A DNA stretch of 64,000 nucleotides from Paraglomus brasilianum (Eukaryota): positions 62,001 to 126,000 of the forward strand of contig CAJVPI010000002.1 in assembly GCA_910592345.1 (NCBI GenBank). The letters run 5' to 3'. Each line of letters begins with the position of its first letter. The first letter of the stretch is position 1. Below the pieces are notes generated by a model. It did not search any database and was not told the DNA's origin. It worked only from the letters and a program-made list of their open reading frames with translations. Shown here in pieces: positions 11,144 to 26,560 of the stretch. Made by a program: the position numbers and the translations under genes.

Positions 11144-12600
11144 ATGATAGAGAAATGGCAGACGGTGTCCCACTGTCGTCATGTCCAAGATCACAAGCTT
11201 CTCCGTATGGCTACGCAGACTCAAGGCCGAGTGGCGTATTCGTTTCTGACAGAGCAAGAGGATATCGAAATCCGTTTGGCAATTATTTCGACGACGTTGA
11301 ATAGAGCACGAGATTTGGTGAGTGATTTTTGGAATGTGTCATAAAACACGCTTATTCTGAACATGTTTGGATTTTAGGTACCCCATTGTATAATAATGGC
11401 ATGCGAGTGGCGCATTCGTTTCTGACAACATGAGATTTGGTGAGTGATTGATAAGTCATAAAATACGCTTATTTTGAACATGCTTGAATTGCACGTCCAT
11501 TGTATATATAATGACATAAGGGCAGGCGTTTGAATTGCCTAAGCAGACTGATGATCTGGGATTACTTCTAACGATGCTGTCAAAGCATACTCACGGGCGT
11601 TGGTTGAAAGAAATGTTAGCATACCATGTTACTTATAACGTACATTGTTACCAATGTATAGTATTGCGCGATGCCGATCGTTTCTGGTACAAAGATACGA
11701 ACATGTTCTTAATACAACATTCCGTGTTTTGATTACGCGACATGCAGCAAGTCGACGGTGAAGACTTTTCTCCACAAGACAGCCTACCATGAAACATACA
11801 ACTGGTCTGATAAGGCCCAATACTCGAACTCGAGCAATCGTGTTAATCCATGAAGATATAGATTCATGGTTTGACCGTAGTACGCTTAATGTATTGCTTG
11901 GTACGGTAAGTAGTGAGATTAATAGTGGAGATGGAAAAGGTTATACTAAGTAAATTTTGTAATGACGCGTATATGATTAACACTTCAAATTTCATAATTA
12001 CAGCTGTAAGCATGTTCTGTGACGCGAATTATATATCGTTGGTTGACAGCCATTAGGACGTGAAATTTATCAGGGCTACTCATCGGCATGTTGAGTTTGT
12101 GGCAATTAAAAGGGGCGTTATGCCATGTAAGATTGAAGTATATTTATAACGGACTCGCGTGATCATAATTAAGAAGAAATACTTTATTTCTTATTGAGAT
12201 CACTTGTTTCAGTCATTGTACATTTGGCTCAAATACGGATGCTATCAATTATTACATGAACAACTGCCGTTCAGTATGCAACGGCAGGTAAGATTAGCTC
12301 ACGAAATCGGAATAATTGTTTGACATTCGACACGCGGTTAGTAGAACATCTACATCAAAAACTAATTGCCTCTTGGAAATATTCCATGCTGCTCCATGTT
12401 CCGAGTACAACTGATCATACGATTACGCTCCCAATCCAAACATAGAAAATATTCTGCGACGTTGTAAGTTCTTGAATCTTTATTGAACGCCTGAAATTCG
12501 GCCATTACTCGTCTTCAACTTTCCCGTGTCCATTTCTATAGTCACGTAATTGATCTGGACTTTCACCGTATAGATAAAGGACCAAATAACATTTCCAATC
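11144..12600 (+). pseudogene. Multi-exon decayed gene, product unknown
   Basis: GTGAGT/GTAAG donors near 11318, 11906, 12127 and 12288. Frames such as GLIRPNTRTRAIVLIHEDIDSWFDRSTLNVLLGT. An exon/intron block is duplicated between ~11228-11370 and ~11404-11490. Confidence 0.4.
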
Positions 12601-13009
12601 GAACTTTAAACAACACAAGCGCAGTAACGTCAAGAAAACCTGATCAGTTTAATGAAACGATTTAAAGATATATAAGCAGGTAGTTTCTCTATCAGCCTAT
12701 ATTTAGCATCTCTAATATTTTAATTCCTGCAATTAGAATAGTTATTTATATTCTAATAATAAAAATCCGTGTTAAATATAAATTTATTTCGTTCATTCCC
12801 TGGTGAGATTTTCTATCGCTGATAAAAGTGCAAAATGCCTTTCTGTATTAGCGGTATAATTTAAACGCGTTTAGTATAGTGAGAATTCCCCGACCTATGG
12901 TTTCGAATTAATTCCATCAAAAGAAATAATAATCTACTAACTGTACTATACACAACATTTAAAAAAAAAAAGAATATCAAAATTTTTTGCAAACCACCTG
13001 GAAAGGTAG

Positions 13010-13260
13010 TATTTTTGACTAAAATTAAAATGAGTGGCTTTATGGTTATAAGAAAGTTGTTAAAAACTATGACAGCAACTCAATTGTCACTTGTTCCTAT
13101 CAGTGAGTAATGGTAGTCTCCCACTGTGTGGATGGAATGTTTTACTACCAATCTTTCTATTGTGTCATGTGTTGTGCTTTTGGGATAGATAGCCATTGTT
13201 GGCTTCAATTTCCGTTCAGAGTGTTCAAACAGCACTCCAATAATAATTCTGCGCTTAAAT
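13010..13260 (-). mobile_element. Internally deleted Tc1-like element; second copy at ~60265-60490 in opposite orientation
   Basis: The two segments align in reverse complement (e.g. ggcttcaatttccgttcagagtgttcaaacagc and tggctttatggttataagaaagttgttaaa). They encode a broken HTH, EIEARTGIPKSTI/VHDT. Confidence 0.6.
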
Positions 13261-13749
13261 TCAATAATCACTAATAAATGGTTTGATTTTCGCAAAGTGA
13301 GTTCAAATTTCTCTTGCTGTGGATGTGACTGCATTCCAACTAACGATCCGCAAGATGCATATGTGCTCTCTTGAAATTTATAATAAATTTTTATGTAATA
13401 ATACCTTACCATTTCAAATTGTTTTAAACCACAAGAAAATTGCTACAAAACTTAATTGAGATCTTGTTGATGCGCAAACGGTTAAACAGTTAAAAAATTT
13501 ACTGTAGCACTTAATTGTAGAAATAACAGGCCCATGATTATGTTTAGGAGATCGTTCATGTCTTTTTTTTTTCCCGAAAGATGACTGTTTCAACTATTTC
13601 TGTTGGTTACCCCAATGCTTTGACGTTTTGCGACTGATAGAACTTGTGGTAAACTACCCAAAGTTTGGAAAGTAGAAAGTAATTGGTAAATATAATGATG
13701 GATGCCAAGGCATCACGGACACTAATTCGAACTAACCTCAATGTCCGTC

Positions 13750-15858
13750 AATCCTCAATACCACAGTCCAAAGGCTCGTCTTCTATAACCCCATTAACAT
13801 TATGTTCGGTCGCTTCTCTTTCTCCTTTAACCTCCTCCTTGTCTCTGCTTGCATTTTCATAATTTCATTTCTTTACCCTTTTCCTCCTTCTGCATGCCAT
13901 TATCCCCATACAATTCATCGTCCATGTCACCGATCAAATCATGCGACTCTGTGACGCTACTTGAAAAGACAAGAGGTTTTCCTGAGCTAAAGTTGTTTCC
14001 ACGAGAAGCCCGAGATTATTGGTGTTGATTATGAGAATCAATCAATCGGTATGTTAAACAAAGTAGAAGATGTTTTGTCAGTGCTTAATAATACCCGCTA
14101 TTATAACAAATTAAAATTGCTCTTCACTCACGTCCGGTATTACTTGTCAATTTGCAGAACGCAACCTTGTTGAAGCATCATCTGCATTTAATAGCTTAAT
14201 CGGTTCCATATATATGTGCGCTGATTATGACTGGCATACTGAATGGCGGAGCCTGTCTCTTTTTTGTATCGTTTGACAGTATTATGATAGACCTCTGCCT
14301 CGTCTAAAGCCATCTCTAAATCTCGTTCGAGAAACTAATAATTGGCCAAAACCATAGATTTTTGGGATTAATCTTATGGGTCGCTAAATCATGCACAGGG
14401 AGTCTCTGTATCGTTAGCGATAATTCTTTATTTACAAATCATCCATCCGTTTCTGACTATATAGTCGAATACTACTGTAGTCAATCTAAGTTAATAATAG
14501 TGTGTAGATACCTTTCGAATAGATATGTTGGCAATGACTTACGCGTTATCATCCCTTCCACATCTGGATATTCATAGCATTTGCTGAGAATGTAAATAGA
14601 CGATAGCTATTCAAGATCTGAAATGCAGTATGAGATATGGCAGGGCATTGAATTGAGAACGCTTCTTGCATAATCTATTGTATCATTAAATGCCATTTGT
14701 CACATCACAATTGTATCTCCTATCTCCTATAATTCAAAATGTCATTTACGGGATATCTTCCATTAATATCATTACGTGTTCTGTAATAGACAAGTAAATG
14801 ATTCCTACTCCTAAGACCATATCAAAATTGACGACTGGTTTAATCCAGTAGAAAGAAGCCTGAGGATATGGCTTTCTGACCAAGTCTCAAACTACGTCAA
14901 ACCTCCAGAATATCAAGAGCACGACGTAAGACTGATATCAAATTTGAATACACATTTGCAAACTTCATAGAATAAAAGTTAACGAGTATACGTAAAGAAG
15001 ACTCCCGAAAAAATGAAGGTATCAATAAGAATTACATAATTCGAAAGCGTGTGTTCGGTACCTTGAATTTGGAGCAATTTCTTATATCATCATGCATACA
15101 ATGATTATTACATTGCCTGTCAAGATAACTTGTAAATTAATTCACTTTTTTGTCAAGGGTATTGCCTGTGTGAGGACGTGATCTTTCATTCCATTCGTGC
15201 CGGTTCGTGGCATCAAAGAGTGGGTATTATTCGAGCACATATTGGAATACACCTTTCCTACAATTAATCATTCTTGTCGTCGCAGTCAGACCATCATCTT
15301 TAGACCTTCCAACCTTAATAAATTTCGGGGGCTTGAAACAGAGAACTAACCATCGAAGTCTTATTCAAGTAAGTAGAAAGGAATATATTAGTTCGTACTT
15401 GCAGCATCAAGCTTGCTCTTGATTTTGTCTCTGCAGAGAATTCGATATCGCGTCTCTTCATCCCGACTTTTACTCCTGTTAAACTTTGGGAATAATATAA
15501 TTCTCGTTTCTATTACTCGCTGCACGGTTTCATGTCGCGTAGTTTTGATAAATGTATCACAATCTCCCGGTTCCATTGACATCATCACAATCCGCTTAGA
15601 CCTTGGAGTTGTATACTGAAAGTAAGTAATGTGGTAAACCAATAGCAACAATAATCAAAATAATGATTTTCGTGCATATACCTATAAGTTATGGAAGCTA
15701 CACAGTGTTTCACGAAGGGTGATTTTCAAAGAAATGGTAGGTAGGCATTTCTTAAGAGGATTCGATTCTTACTATGCTCGTTCAATCATTTGACGGGACA
15801 ACACTGCACAAAAAATGTGCTGGGGACATAGTCCGATCTTTCTGGAGACTCGTCATTG
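13750..15858 (-). pseudogene. Intron-rich decayed gene, paralogue of 34500-38500
   Basis: Shared motifs VNGTG(R/K)L, IKL(L/V)xADD..N(K/E)VAFCKLTSN followed by a donor at the same position, and LIDSH in the next exon. Confidence 0.5.
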
Positions 15859-18800
15859 CGAATTTTCCGTTGCCGATGTGGTACATGAAATTGTTACCAT
15901 TACTCTAAAGTACAAAGATTCTTATTTTTTTCTGACAAATAAAATTCTTGTCCGACTTGTAAAAAAAACTTTAACAAACCTGTTCTACGAACTGCAAAGA
16001 CTTGGGTTTGAGTAACTGATAACATACTTTCTTGTGAAAAAAACTGACAAATGAATGGAATGACAAAACGCCACAGAAACTAAAATGGTCAGTAGAGCGG
16101 ACGGGATTCCTGTTAGAGACGGCTTTATTAACCTATTTTAAGATGACTAATAACACATTACTCCTGAAAGTGATGCCATTGAACAAAAAGGTACTATGAA
16201 TTTTATTTTAGACGGCTAATAAATAAGATCAGTTTTTAATGAATAAGGACAAATGGCAAGAATAGAACAAAGCTTATTTAAACAAACTTTCGTGTTTCTG
16301 AGAAAGTGCCGAATAAATGAATAAAAGTACTATACTCAAACAAGATCGTTGTTTCAAAGAACCTTTGTTTAATTCTATTTTTAAATAACTCACTTGCTAA
16401 TAAGGGATAATTGAAAATGCTAATGTTCTACGGCAATAAATAGAACGGGACTATGTAAATTTGAAGATGTGACTCCTTTTAGACAGGCCATTGAATATTA
16501 ATATCTGCAGTGAAACTATATTCTTGTCCCAAAACCCATTGATGGGAATTTGGACAGGTCGGGCCAAAAAATTTCTGCATTAGTATTGTGTAATAAAATG
16601 AGTGTCACGTAAAGTTATGTATTTTGTCTAGACTATTAAATCTAACAGTTTCATGTATAATATCATGAAAATTACATAAGCCGATTCTTGCACGCAGAAA
16701 GTTTTTTATAAAAGCAGCGACATTTTTGCATCGTGGAGAAATTAACTGTCCTACTTCGGTAGGAACAGCAAAGCTCCATCTCTACCGTCATTTATCGTCA
16801 AAGCAGCACAATGATGTTCGTGTAATAGAACTAAATGCTCGCAATCGAATACCACGTTTCGCTTATCATTTTCGATTTTCTACGTCCGAGGATCCTCGCT
16901 CGAACCCACTCTTCGTCTCTACGTATACGTGAATCTTGACTCTTTCTACCAAATACGTTATATCGGTATGTTATAAACCAGTGTAAATAAATTATATATG
17001 TTTTCTGTATGCTTACCATCTGTCTTTCTACGCATACATAGTTTTCTCGCAGGCTCCCTATCGGTGATATCATACGACGCCACCATGAAATCTTCCAAAC
17101 GGATAGCCGCCATTATTCGTTTATTTTCTCTGAGAGAAAATTTTTATTTTTATTTTATTTTTTATCTTCATTTTGTTTTTGTTTCTATTTTATTTTTTAT
17201 TTTTTATCTTCATTTTGTTTTTATTTTTTAGTTTTCATTCATTCATTCATTGAGTTCACCATTGTCCAGTTGATTATTAGGGAATAAATAAACAGCAAAA
17301 CGACCATCACCACCTATTACTATGTTGTCAATTGATACGTGAAATGTATGATTAATTTACGTCTTATATGAGAGGCTATACAAATATTACTATAGTGGTT
17401 TAATAACTCGGCCATTAATAACTTAGCAGACCCGTGACGGCAGTCCAAATGACTGGCAACATGCGTAGATTATTAAAAAATTTAATACTTTATTCTCATT
17501 TAAATCATGGTTAGCGTATTACTATTATTACATACTTTGGTTGCATGGTTTATCAGCCGGCAAAGCCAAAAGTATTATGAGTTTTCGATTATTACAGCTT
17601 TACAGTTGGACGTTTCAAGACTCTGACTTTTGGACTAGTTAACGGTTTAAATCACACAATTTAGGTTATTCCGCACATGATCTATATTTTGCATGCACAA
17701 AGTTAATATTAAGTTTATGGGCTCGGACGGTAGATGTTGTTACAATCTAAGAAGTAAATGGAATAATATGTGTCACCTTATTGTTTGGTCAACCAATCAA
17801 TAACAATATTTATTTTGGGGCGGAAGCGCAATAAAACTAACTACAAAGAGCAATAAACCGATTTTAACTATTTTTCGTCTAGCACCTTTATAAAAAGGTA
17901 TTTATGCAGCGTAAAGAAGTGTTAATAAGGAAGCCCTTTGTTGTTGGAAGTTATTAATTCACTCCCTTAATTTAGATTGTTACGTAATTAGTTAAAATAA
18001 TCATGTGTGTAAGACTATTTTGGTTCACCCCATTAAGAAACCTTATCTTTGTAATTTTGTCTTTATTCTAAGAAAACTTTTACTTGGATAAGGTTTAGAT
18101 AATTCACACAATCCAAAATTAGCACTATAAAAATCAATATTAATTAATTAATTTTATAATTGACTTATGTCGCATATCTTGCTTGATATTAATTCACACA
18201 TTCAAGGAGAAGCTATTGTTTAACATGCATATTAAATACCGTTTATCAAACAATGGTAATTTTATTATAGGGCGTGTTAACTGTGTACATCTGTAATAAT
18301 TGCCCCTTTAATAATAATAGGTTGTTACTAGCAATTTAAAGTTTTACTTCCAAAATTTGTTCAGATAACAAAGAAACACGCTGTTAAATATGTAGTTATA
18401 TGTATATTTAGTTACAAGTAAATAGAAATTGAAGGCAAGGCTTTTCATAGACGCCTTCTGACTTTTTGGGCGGTAGCACATCTTTTTATTTGTTCCAATC
18501 ATGCAAATTGCATATTGATCCGTGTCAATTATGGCCCATATACAAACTATTATACTTGTTAGGTTATTCTAATTCTATACAGCGAGATGTTCGGATATCT
18601 GTAACAATTTGTAAGCAACTTTTATTATCAGACCTTGGTTTTGTATATCTGATAAATAACACAGTAATTTTATTTGATATTGCAAACAAACCAAAAGTAT
18701 TGATAAGTGCGCAATATTCCATTGAAGAATGGATCCGTCCATTGTACGCTTGTGACCTGCTGTCGGCTCAGCAAAGAGTTAATATTAACACGTCCCCCTG

Positions 18801-20779
18801 AAATTCTGTCGATCATACATCAGCCGACATCTTCTATTTGTTACACACATAATGACCCCATAAACGTTAAAGTAGCCAGTAAATTTTATACATGTTATGT
18901 ATTCAACTATCGTACTCAAAAGTATCGCTTCTAGTGAGAAAAACTCATAAAGGTCAAAAGTCAGAAAACATCAAAAAGAAACAAATTTGTTGCAAAACCT
19001 CTGGCATCAGATAATAAATACATTAGCTTATTGGAACTATGCTAGATTCTAGACCCTGGTATTAGGATGCAATCATCAGGCAGTTGTTTCACTAATCAGC
19101 CTTCTCACGGAGATGTGTGCTTCTATTTCACACACCAAATAAAAATCAAGCATCAGGGATGCGATGTTTCGAATTTGGTCGGCGCCGACTTTATGTTAGA
19201 TACGCAATTAAGAAAAGACTATGTTCTATTGCAAAATTGGGCATTAATAGTTGTATCACTGTAAGATAAATGATTTGTTTAACAATTATCTCCTCCAAGA
19301 AAAGTACACCACTTTACCATAAATATGGAAATATTATTAAATAAATAGTAACTTACATGCTTGACAACGATTGGCTCTCTAGAGTGAAGAGGGATATGGA
19401 AACCTCTTAATAAAATTTTTTAGTCGACGAACAATACGGTATGCTATTTTAACAATTGCTCGCATATGCAGTAGCTTTATATTATGCGTAATCTGGCATA
19501 ACGCGTCCATTGAAAACTTTTATTGACGGTTGAAAACCAATCGGGTGCGATTGTATAAATTTCTACGATTGCTTAACACTCGCATTTATCTCAACAAGCC
19601 TCCCAACTTCAATACTATCAACAGCAGTCTCAAAGGAAAAAACGCTACGAACAAAAGCTATTGCAACATTTCTTTTTCATGTAACATGCAAACAGAATCA
19701 CAGCCTCATCAATAAAGAACAATAAAATAAAAAGTAACCAATATAATGGAGTCATCATTATCAACAACCTCAGCATTGTTATACGGCAAATTTAATGAAT
19801 AGTTAATATCAATATTATCAGTTCATCAGTTTTGAGAGTTGGAGGCCGCACTTTCGAGGAGCACGTTTGAAAATTTACTTCATTTTTCTTTTCGTTGCCA
19901 ATTCCGGCCGAATAATGATTTTTTGGACCAAGGAATTGACGTTTCTAGAAAAATAATTTTTTGTAACCTAAAAATTTTTTTGCTAGGTAAAAATAACCGT
20001 TGTTTTTATTCTTTGGCTTTTTTATGTTTAGGAAGAGACACTGTAATTTGTGGAATTCTTGATTATTGTAAATAAATAAATAAATAAATAATAAATATCC
20101 ACTTTTATTAATTCTGCTTCTAGTATATTTATATTTGTAGATAAATTTGGGCAATACTATATTGAGAGATAAAAGACTGTAATCCATAGAAGCGTATTAG
20201 ATAAATAAAACAATTAACTTAATTGTGCGGTTGTCAACGCCCAAAAGGATGTACTTGCGAGTTATGTAATTTTAATAAGCAATCGAATCTAAACTAATTT
20301 AATTATTGTACGCACACAGTATACGTGTAGCTGCGGCGCGTATGTAGAATTAAAAATTTGGAAGGTTGATTTTTTGTAGTGTTACTTTATATTTAGAATA
20401 ATTTATCGATTTTTATTTTGAATTTGACGTGTAGACAATAGCAGCCTTATAAGTTAACAAGTGGAGAAAACTTGCTGCAAACGAAAAAAGTGAATATTTG
20501 TATCGAATTGTTTGTTATCAAATTGTTGCAGTCTTTTGTTTGGGAATATATTCAAAACTTCGATACACACCGCACGTTTTATGTACAAAAAAATCTGGTA
20601 TTTAAGGTCTTGTAGACAGCAAGTAATAATCGCATGATATGCATAATATTACTGTAGTTCTCTACAGTATAGTGACAAGGCTGATTACAGGAGACTTAAA
20701 GTATATATAAAGACTGACCCAGCGGTATTGTTTGCCATTGGGAACATCAAGAGTGCGTCATAGTACTATACGCATTGAC

Positions 20780-23230
20780 ATGAAAAAGAGTGTACATCTC
20801 ATTGTTCGAAGAAAATGTGAGGCGATGAAGAAGAAATTAGAAAAAAGGGCTTATCATCAACAAATGATGATGGTGTCAAGGTTACTGCTCAACAGACAGA
20901 TATGATCAGGGATAACACCATTCTTCCGAGCATAAATGATACGCTAACCACATTAAGCAATGATATTCACTCCAAGCTTGACTATCGCGCGAGGAACTGA
21001 CATCTGTGACGAAGAGAAAGAATTTGTTCGCGATAAATTCGCTACCTACATTGGAGTAGATGCCAACGATATACCAACCATTGGATTTGGCGGAAGCGGT
21101 GGTGGATTTCGAGCTATGATAGCTACAACAGGTAAACATTTTTGTTAAGTGTCAAGTCCATGACAATAGTATTACTAAACGCGCTTTTTTACACAGGCTA
21201 AGCTTACGGTCTGCAAAAATTGGATTTTATTATTATGGAACATACTTTGGAGGTATGTGTCTATGGCGTATGAGTATGTAGTTATCCATAGTGCTATTAT
21301 TTATCCTTGTATACATATTTGTTATATTGGTTCTTGTGAAGGTGTCAGTGGATGTTGTTGGAATCTAGCCGCACAATACACTTCCATTATTTCGGAACAA
21401 GACAATCCACTTGAAGTAAGTTGTAATAAAAGTTGTTTAGGTAATTGAGAATGTAAACCGATTGACGTGACTTGTTATTGCGTGTTATCTCAGGCACTGA
21501 TCGATCATTTTAAGAAACGACTCGACCATCACATTGCTAATCCACATGCGGTTATCAAATCGTTTACGGCTATCACATTGTCCGAACAAGCCGTTGAATT
21601 GGTCTTTGGTGGTCTGGCTCAGTCGGGGTTGAACGCGGTATTATTGATGTCTACGGCGCGTTATTGGCCGCCAGACTTTTGCTTGCCGATGATCCAGTAA
21701 ATCAGACTAGAAATTTTAAACTGAGTGAGCAGAAGCGATATCTAAAAGATGGAAAGAATCCCATGCAATATATACAGCGTATGTACGGAAACGATTAAAA
21801 AGCATATTCACTTAAACAATCGATGATTTGAATTTACTCCATTCGAGATTGGATGTGATGAGCTCCCCGGTTAGTATAATATTAGTAGGCTCTTTGTAAT
21901 ATCAGTGCTACGGTTTTAACATGTCAACTATTCAGGTCTTGGGCATTTGGAAGGCGCTTTGAGTTTAGAAAGAGCATCGATTGCGTACCCGAGCAAAACT
22001 TTGGGGTAAAAACAGTACGACGAAATATATGCGTGAATTACTTGTTTATACGAATATGGGTGGACTTAATTTGGGTTATCTTTCTTTTGTAGTGTATTCG
22101 GCGCTGCTCCATGCGCTCGAATAATAATCGATATTTGACAGATGGAACATGTTTTACCAGAAGGTTGGCTAAAAGAGGCTTGGCAAAAATCTTATGATAG
22201 GGTAAGTAAAGACATTAGTTTGTAAACCACACACGTGTAATATTTTTCAATGTTTCACATGCTTCTCGCGATTATCATCTCTTTCACTATTCCACTGACT
22301 CATCCCGGATATTATAATGGGATTCGATTCGTCTAGTCAAATCATTGAACATAGTTTCTTTGACGGAGAACAGGGCATCTTTACTGCTCGACGTGGCGAG
22401 ACGATCCTAGTAGCAAGTATTTGGAAGTCTATGATTATGAGCCAAATGGAAAGCACCGCTGAATTCTGTGCAGATCGATTTGATAGTAAAACTGGCACAG
22501 CAGAATTGGAGCGAAGTTGAAAGTACATTAAAGAATATTGTCAAGGGGGTATGGGAGAAGAAGAGAGCACAAAACGTCCCCCTAAGAGATAGAAAAATAT
22601 CGGTAAGGACAATGTTCACATAAGCATGCTTCCTCGAAACCCGATGCCAATGTATAACATCCTTGTCCATATTTTCCAGAGTCCCTAAAATGTGCAATTA
22701 TCAGAAGACTGGTCGGAATCTCTAAAACCAGAAGGTGATCTATTCGTAGATAGAAGGACTAATTTACAACAGAGGAGCATTATCGAACGAAGACTTCCTA
22801 TCAAGTAAGTGTTAACAAATATGCTCTACAGAGAGGAACATCTAGAAGTTGTTCTGATTAACGTTGTTATCTGTTTAGGGCCCGGCGCAAAAGACGACCC
22901 AAGATGACTGATTTGTATAAACATCATAATCATTACTCCACGTAGGTTCTAATATCATCTGCTTCCCGTTTAAACCTTGCCGCAAAGAGAATGTCGAATC
23001 ATTCAGGTGGAAGTTCAGAGGCTGAAAAATATCGAATGGAAGATTCCCGCCACCACGTATAAAGGACTCGATGAAGAGGAGCAATATCTCAAGGTAAAAG
23101 GATTTTATGGGGGCGAAGGTGAACTGGCAATTGAAATAACCTGTTTGGGGTCAATCGCCTGCTGCAGCATAATACAAAGCTCTATACTTTGGATGATTAG
23201 ACGAGTTATATACAAGCGACTTTGGAAGAG
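20780..23230 (+). pseudogene. Lysophospholipase / cytosolic phospholipase A2 (PLA2_B) family gene, decayed
   Basis: IPTIGFGGSGGGFRAMIATT (Gly-rich motif with catalytic Arg), YFG|GVSGCCW (GxSG nucleophile motif), DGKNPM..YTA, FEFTPFEIGCDE with the upstream Trp changed to TGA, and WAFGRRF. Several frameshifts. TATA-like tatatataag near 20702. Confidence 0.8.
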
Positions 23231-25929
23231 ATAAGCATCATCCTCCTCTCCGGAGGCGCGCCTCCTGTGGAAATCGGGGAAGAATCAGATGCAGGTGTCT
23301 GCCCTGCTACTGAGAAGAAGAAGGACATAAGAAGCAATGAGGTAGGCCGTGGCTGCTACAGGGGGATTTGTACGGTGAGGCGCACTGTCCAATATCTGCT
23401 ACCCAGGGCTTTAAATTCGGCCTCAGCCTTGATTGCTCGAATCTTATCGAGCCCTTCTGGGTTGAAGAAGCGACTTGCTATTGAGCTCGATGGTATTACT
23501 ACACGGTTTTAAATTCTTGGCTTTTTCTACCGATCATGAAGTATTCACATTCTTTAACGCTTTCATTTGAAGGATATTGGAGATACATTGTCCAGATTAC
23601 ATGTATAGAACACTCGACATTAGTAATATCCGACGGTATTTCACTCGATGAAATACGATTATCAGACATTTGTATGTCTTTAAGCGGATTAGGATTCTGC
23701 CCTCTCCTGTAAATGTCTGATTATCCAATACTTCGACCACTCTTCCTTCATGTGTATTGTCCGCTTCGGAGCAAATAAGCATCGAATTGGTGGTACCCAG
23801 AAGCGCAGTTACTTGTGCCCCAATCAATAAAGAGGGCTACTTTAGGAAAACTAAAGCCGCGGCGGCTGCTATGGGGCTACCCAGAGCAGCCCCAATCGAT
23901 AAGAGGGTCACTTTAGGAATCTCACTCGAGTTTTCATTCAGACAGTAAAGTATGTTTCTTGCTGTGTAGCGCATTACTCTTCATAACTTCAACCTTCTTA
24001 TTTATGCAACCCATCCTTCCTAATTTGCTAGTGCCTGTGTTATACCGACCCGAATTCGATCGAAGCTTCCGTTTCATAACCCCTCTAAGTGCACACCCTC
24101 TAAATACACACCCATATAAACTATTATAGTTCTACCTCAGTTATATCCTGGCTTTGATAAATCATGCCATCTCTATATTAATTAATATTAATATGAATAT
24201 TTGTGTTAGAATATGTCGATTAGGTTAGTCACAATTTCCAAGTTCAAAAATCAAATTACCAATTGTCAGTCTTATTAGCGTTAAACCATTACTCACCGAA
24301 GAAATTCTTCCGACTTGAAGGTGCAATAGAAAATGATATTAATATTGGATACATGTGCAATATAAGATGAATCAGAAACGTCACTGATAGAATGGATAGA
24401 ATGATATTATCTATTGCCTTGTTCTGCTATAGTCCGTATTAGTATTAATACATGCTAATGCGTTTTAGAAGGTGAATTGGAACAGATCCAATGAATTTCT
24501 GTTTTAGGATATTGTATACGATATTCCAGACGATAACTAACTTATTAGAGAAATTGCAGAGACATTAAAGAAGATATTGATGAGGTGAACGCCAAAAAGA
24601 TGGATGATGACAACCATAAATTATCGCCATGGTCGGTATTCCCCTCTACCCCACGGCCTGTCTCAACTCTGCAACGTTCTCATTAATTATATTTCCTGCG
24701 CCGCTTAGAGGCTTCCACATCATTTCTAAGGCGCGTACTTTCTCACACACTCGGTGCCCTATCATATCAGCCGGAATGGTACGCGCCATGACTGCGCTGT
24801 ACAAGAATCTAGTCACGTGTATGACACGAATAATAATAACTGTGGCTTACAGTCAAACTCGTTAGTCCATGAAAATAATGTTTCTCAAAGGATATGAAGA
24901 AAGTTGTTAGTTCACTTCGAGACAGAACAGGGTAAGCATATATCATATAGCCTGCTACTCACTTCTTACAAACCTATACTATAATAATAAGCCGACTGTA
25001 CAATGTAAATAATGTTACTCACTTCTTACAACCTATACTACACATCCCTCACCCGACTATACAATATAATATATAATATTTATGATATCCACATGAAGGC
25101 CATATTTCTTGGATATAACGGAGCTGGCAAATTGAAGAATACGAAGCCAAGCAATTGCAAGAGTTCTTTGGGGAAGAATACAGGAAATCCGCCTATTTTG
25201 TACTAAAGAAGAATTGCTGACATACGACGATACGCCAAACAAAATTGGCCATCCCAGAAGAGCTTGAAATGCGACTTTAATATATTTAAGTAGAAGACTG
25301 AACGGTCATTGGCAAATCATTTACTCGAATCTATCAATACCCTGCGAGAAGTTCCGCTGACAGTTATAAAACACACACATGGGCCGCGTAGGATGGAGAT
25401 AACTTCCCGACTCCATAGTATATATGATTCACACTTTCATTGGATACTTATTAATACACATGAACGAACCTTTTTGTCATGGTTCAACAGCGATTTACGC
25501 AGTTTCTTGTCGCATCTCGCCATACTACGTGTAATCTCTTTGAGCTAAATACGACAATCGATACTCCTGCGGTATTAGAGGGATCAGAACAATGGCTTCG
25601 TCGATTGCTGTATTTATATGGTAAGTCTATTATTGCGCCAGAGTAACCTAGCGTACATTCAATTCCAGTTATAATGTCAACAGCTCAATGAGAAACAATG
25701 CTAATCTGAATATTCTATTGTAATTCTTTATACTTAGAACACGCAAGTGCCCCCGACAGAATAATGAGTCGGTTGTACACCACATACTATACACATACCA
25801 TACTACAACGGATCATACCACACGAAATACGATACTACAACATACAATACCATATAAAACACACAACATACCATGCTACATACCATACAATTTAGCATAC
25901 GACTTATCCGGTAATGGTTATTTCAAGAC

Positions 25930-26560
25930 ATGAATTTGAACTATATCAAAGAGCTACGCAACAAAGACATGCTGTTACTCTATGTCGCGCCGGGGTAATA
26001 TGGAGAAGAATGACCAGAGAGTGATGAGACTATAAAAGAGCTGTTCAGCAAGGATATGCTGGTGCCTTATGTCGCTTGGGCGATTGTTATAAAAACCGTA
26101 AGCAGAGACGATCAGAATGCAGTCAGTTACTATCGAAGAGCTGCCAAACGGGAACATCTTATTGCATTACATAATCTTGCTCTATGCTATTATTATGGCG
26201 AGGGGCGAGAACGAATTGTTTTGCTTCAATCGTGGCCGGACGGGGAAATTCTAGTGCGTAATTCTACCTTGCCGTATTCCAGAACTATTTCAGTTAGCGG
26301 CGTCCCGAGGCCTTCCTGAGGCACAATAGACTTGGCGCACGTTACGAAAGGGGATATACGGCCTATAGAACTGTCTAAAGGCAGTTGAATTATATCAGAA
26401 ATCAGCGGACTGTGGCATTACCCACACGTTACTAGATGTTACGAAGATGTGCATTGGAGTAGCAAAAGATCATGAAAAGGCGTATTCAGCTTTATCGTGA
26501 AGTAATAGATCAAGGTTCTGTAGGACAATTTCGTTTACGTGGAATTGATGTGGGCGATAA
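25930..26560 (+). pseudogene. Sel1-like repeat (SLR) protein gene, decayed
   Basis: AVSYYRRAAKREHLIALHNLALCYYYGEG, KAVELYQKSAD.G and GVAKD..KA match the Sel1 repeat consensus. Multiple frameshifts. Confidence 0.75.

Noticed and set aside
25780..25900. CATAC-rich array (also a 10-mer array at ~63745-63797 and AT-rich repeats at ~17140-17250)
   Set aside because: Degenerate microsatellite or low-complexity DNA with no further structure.
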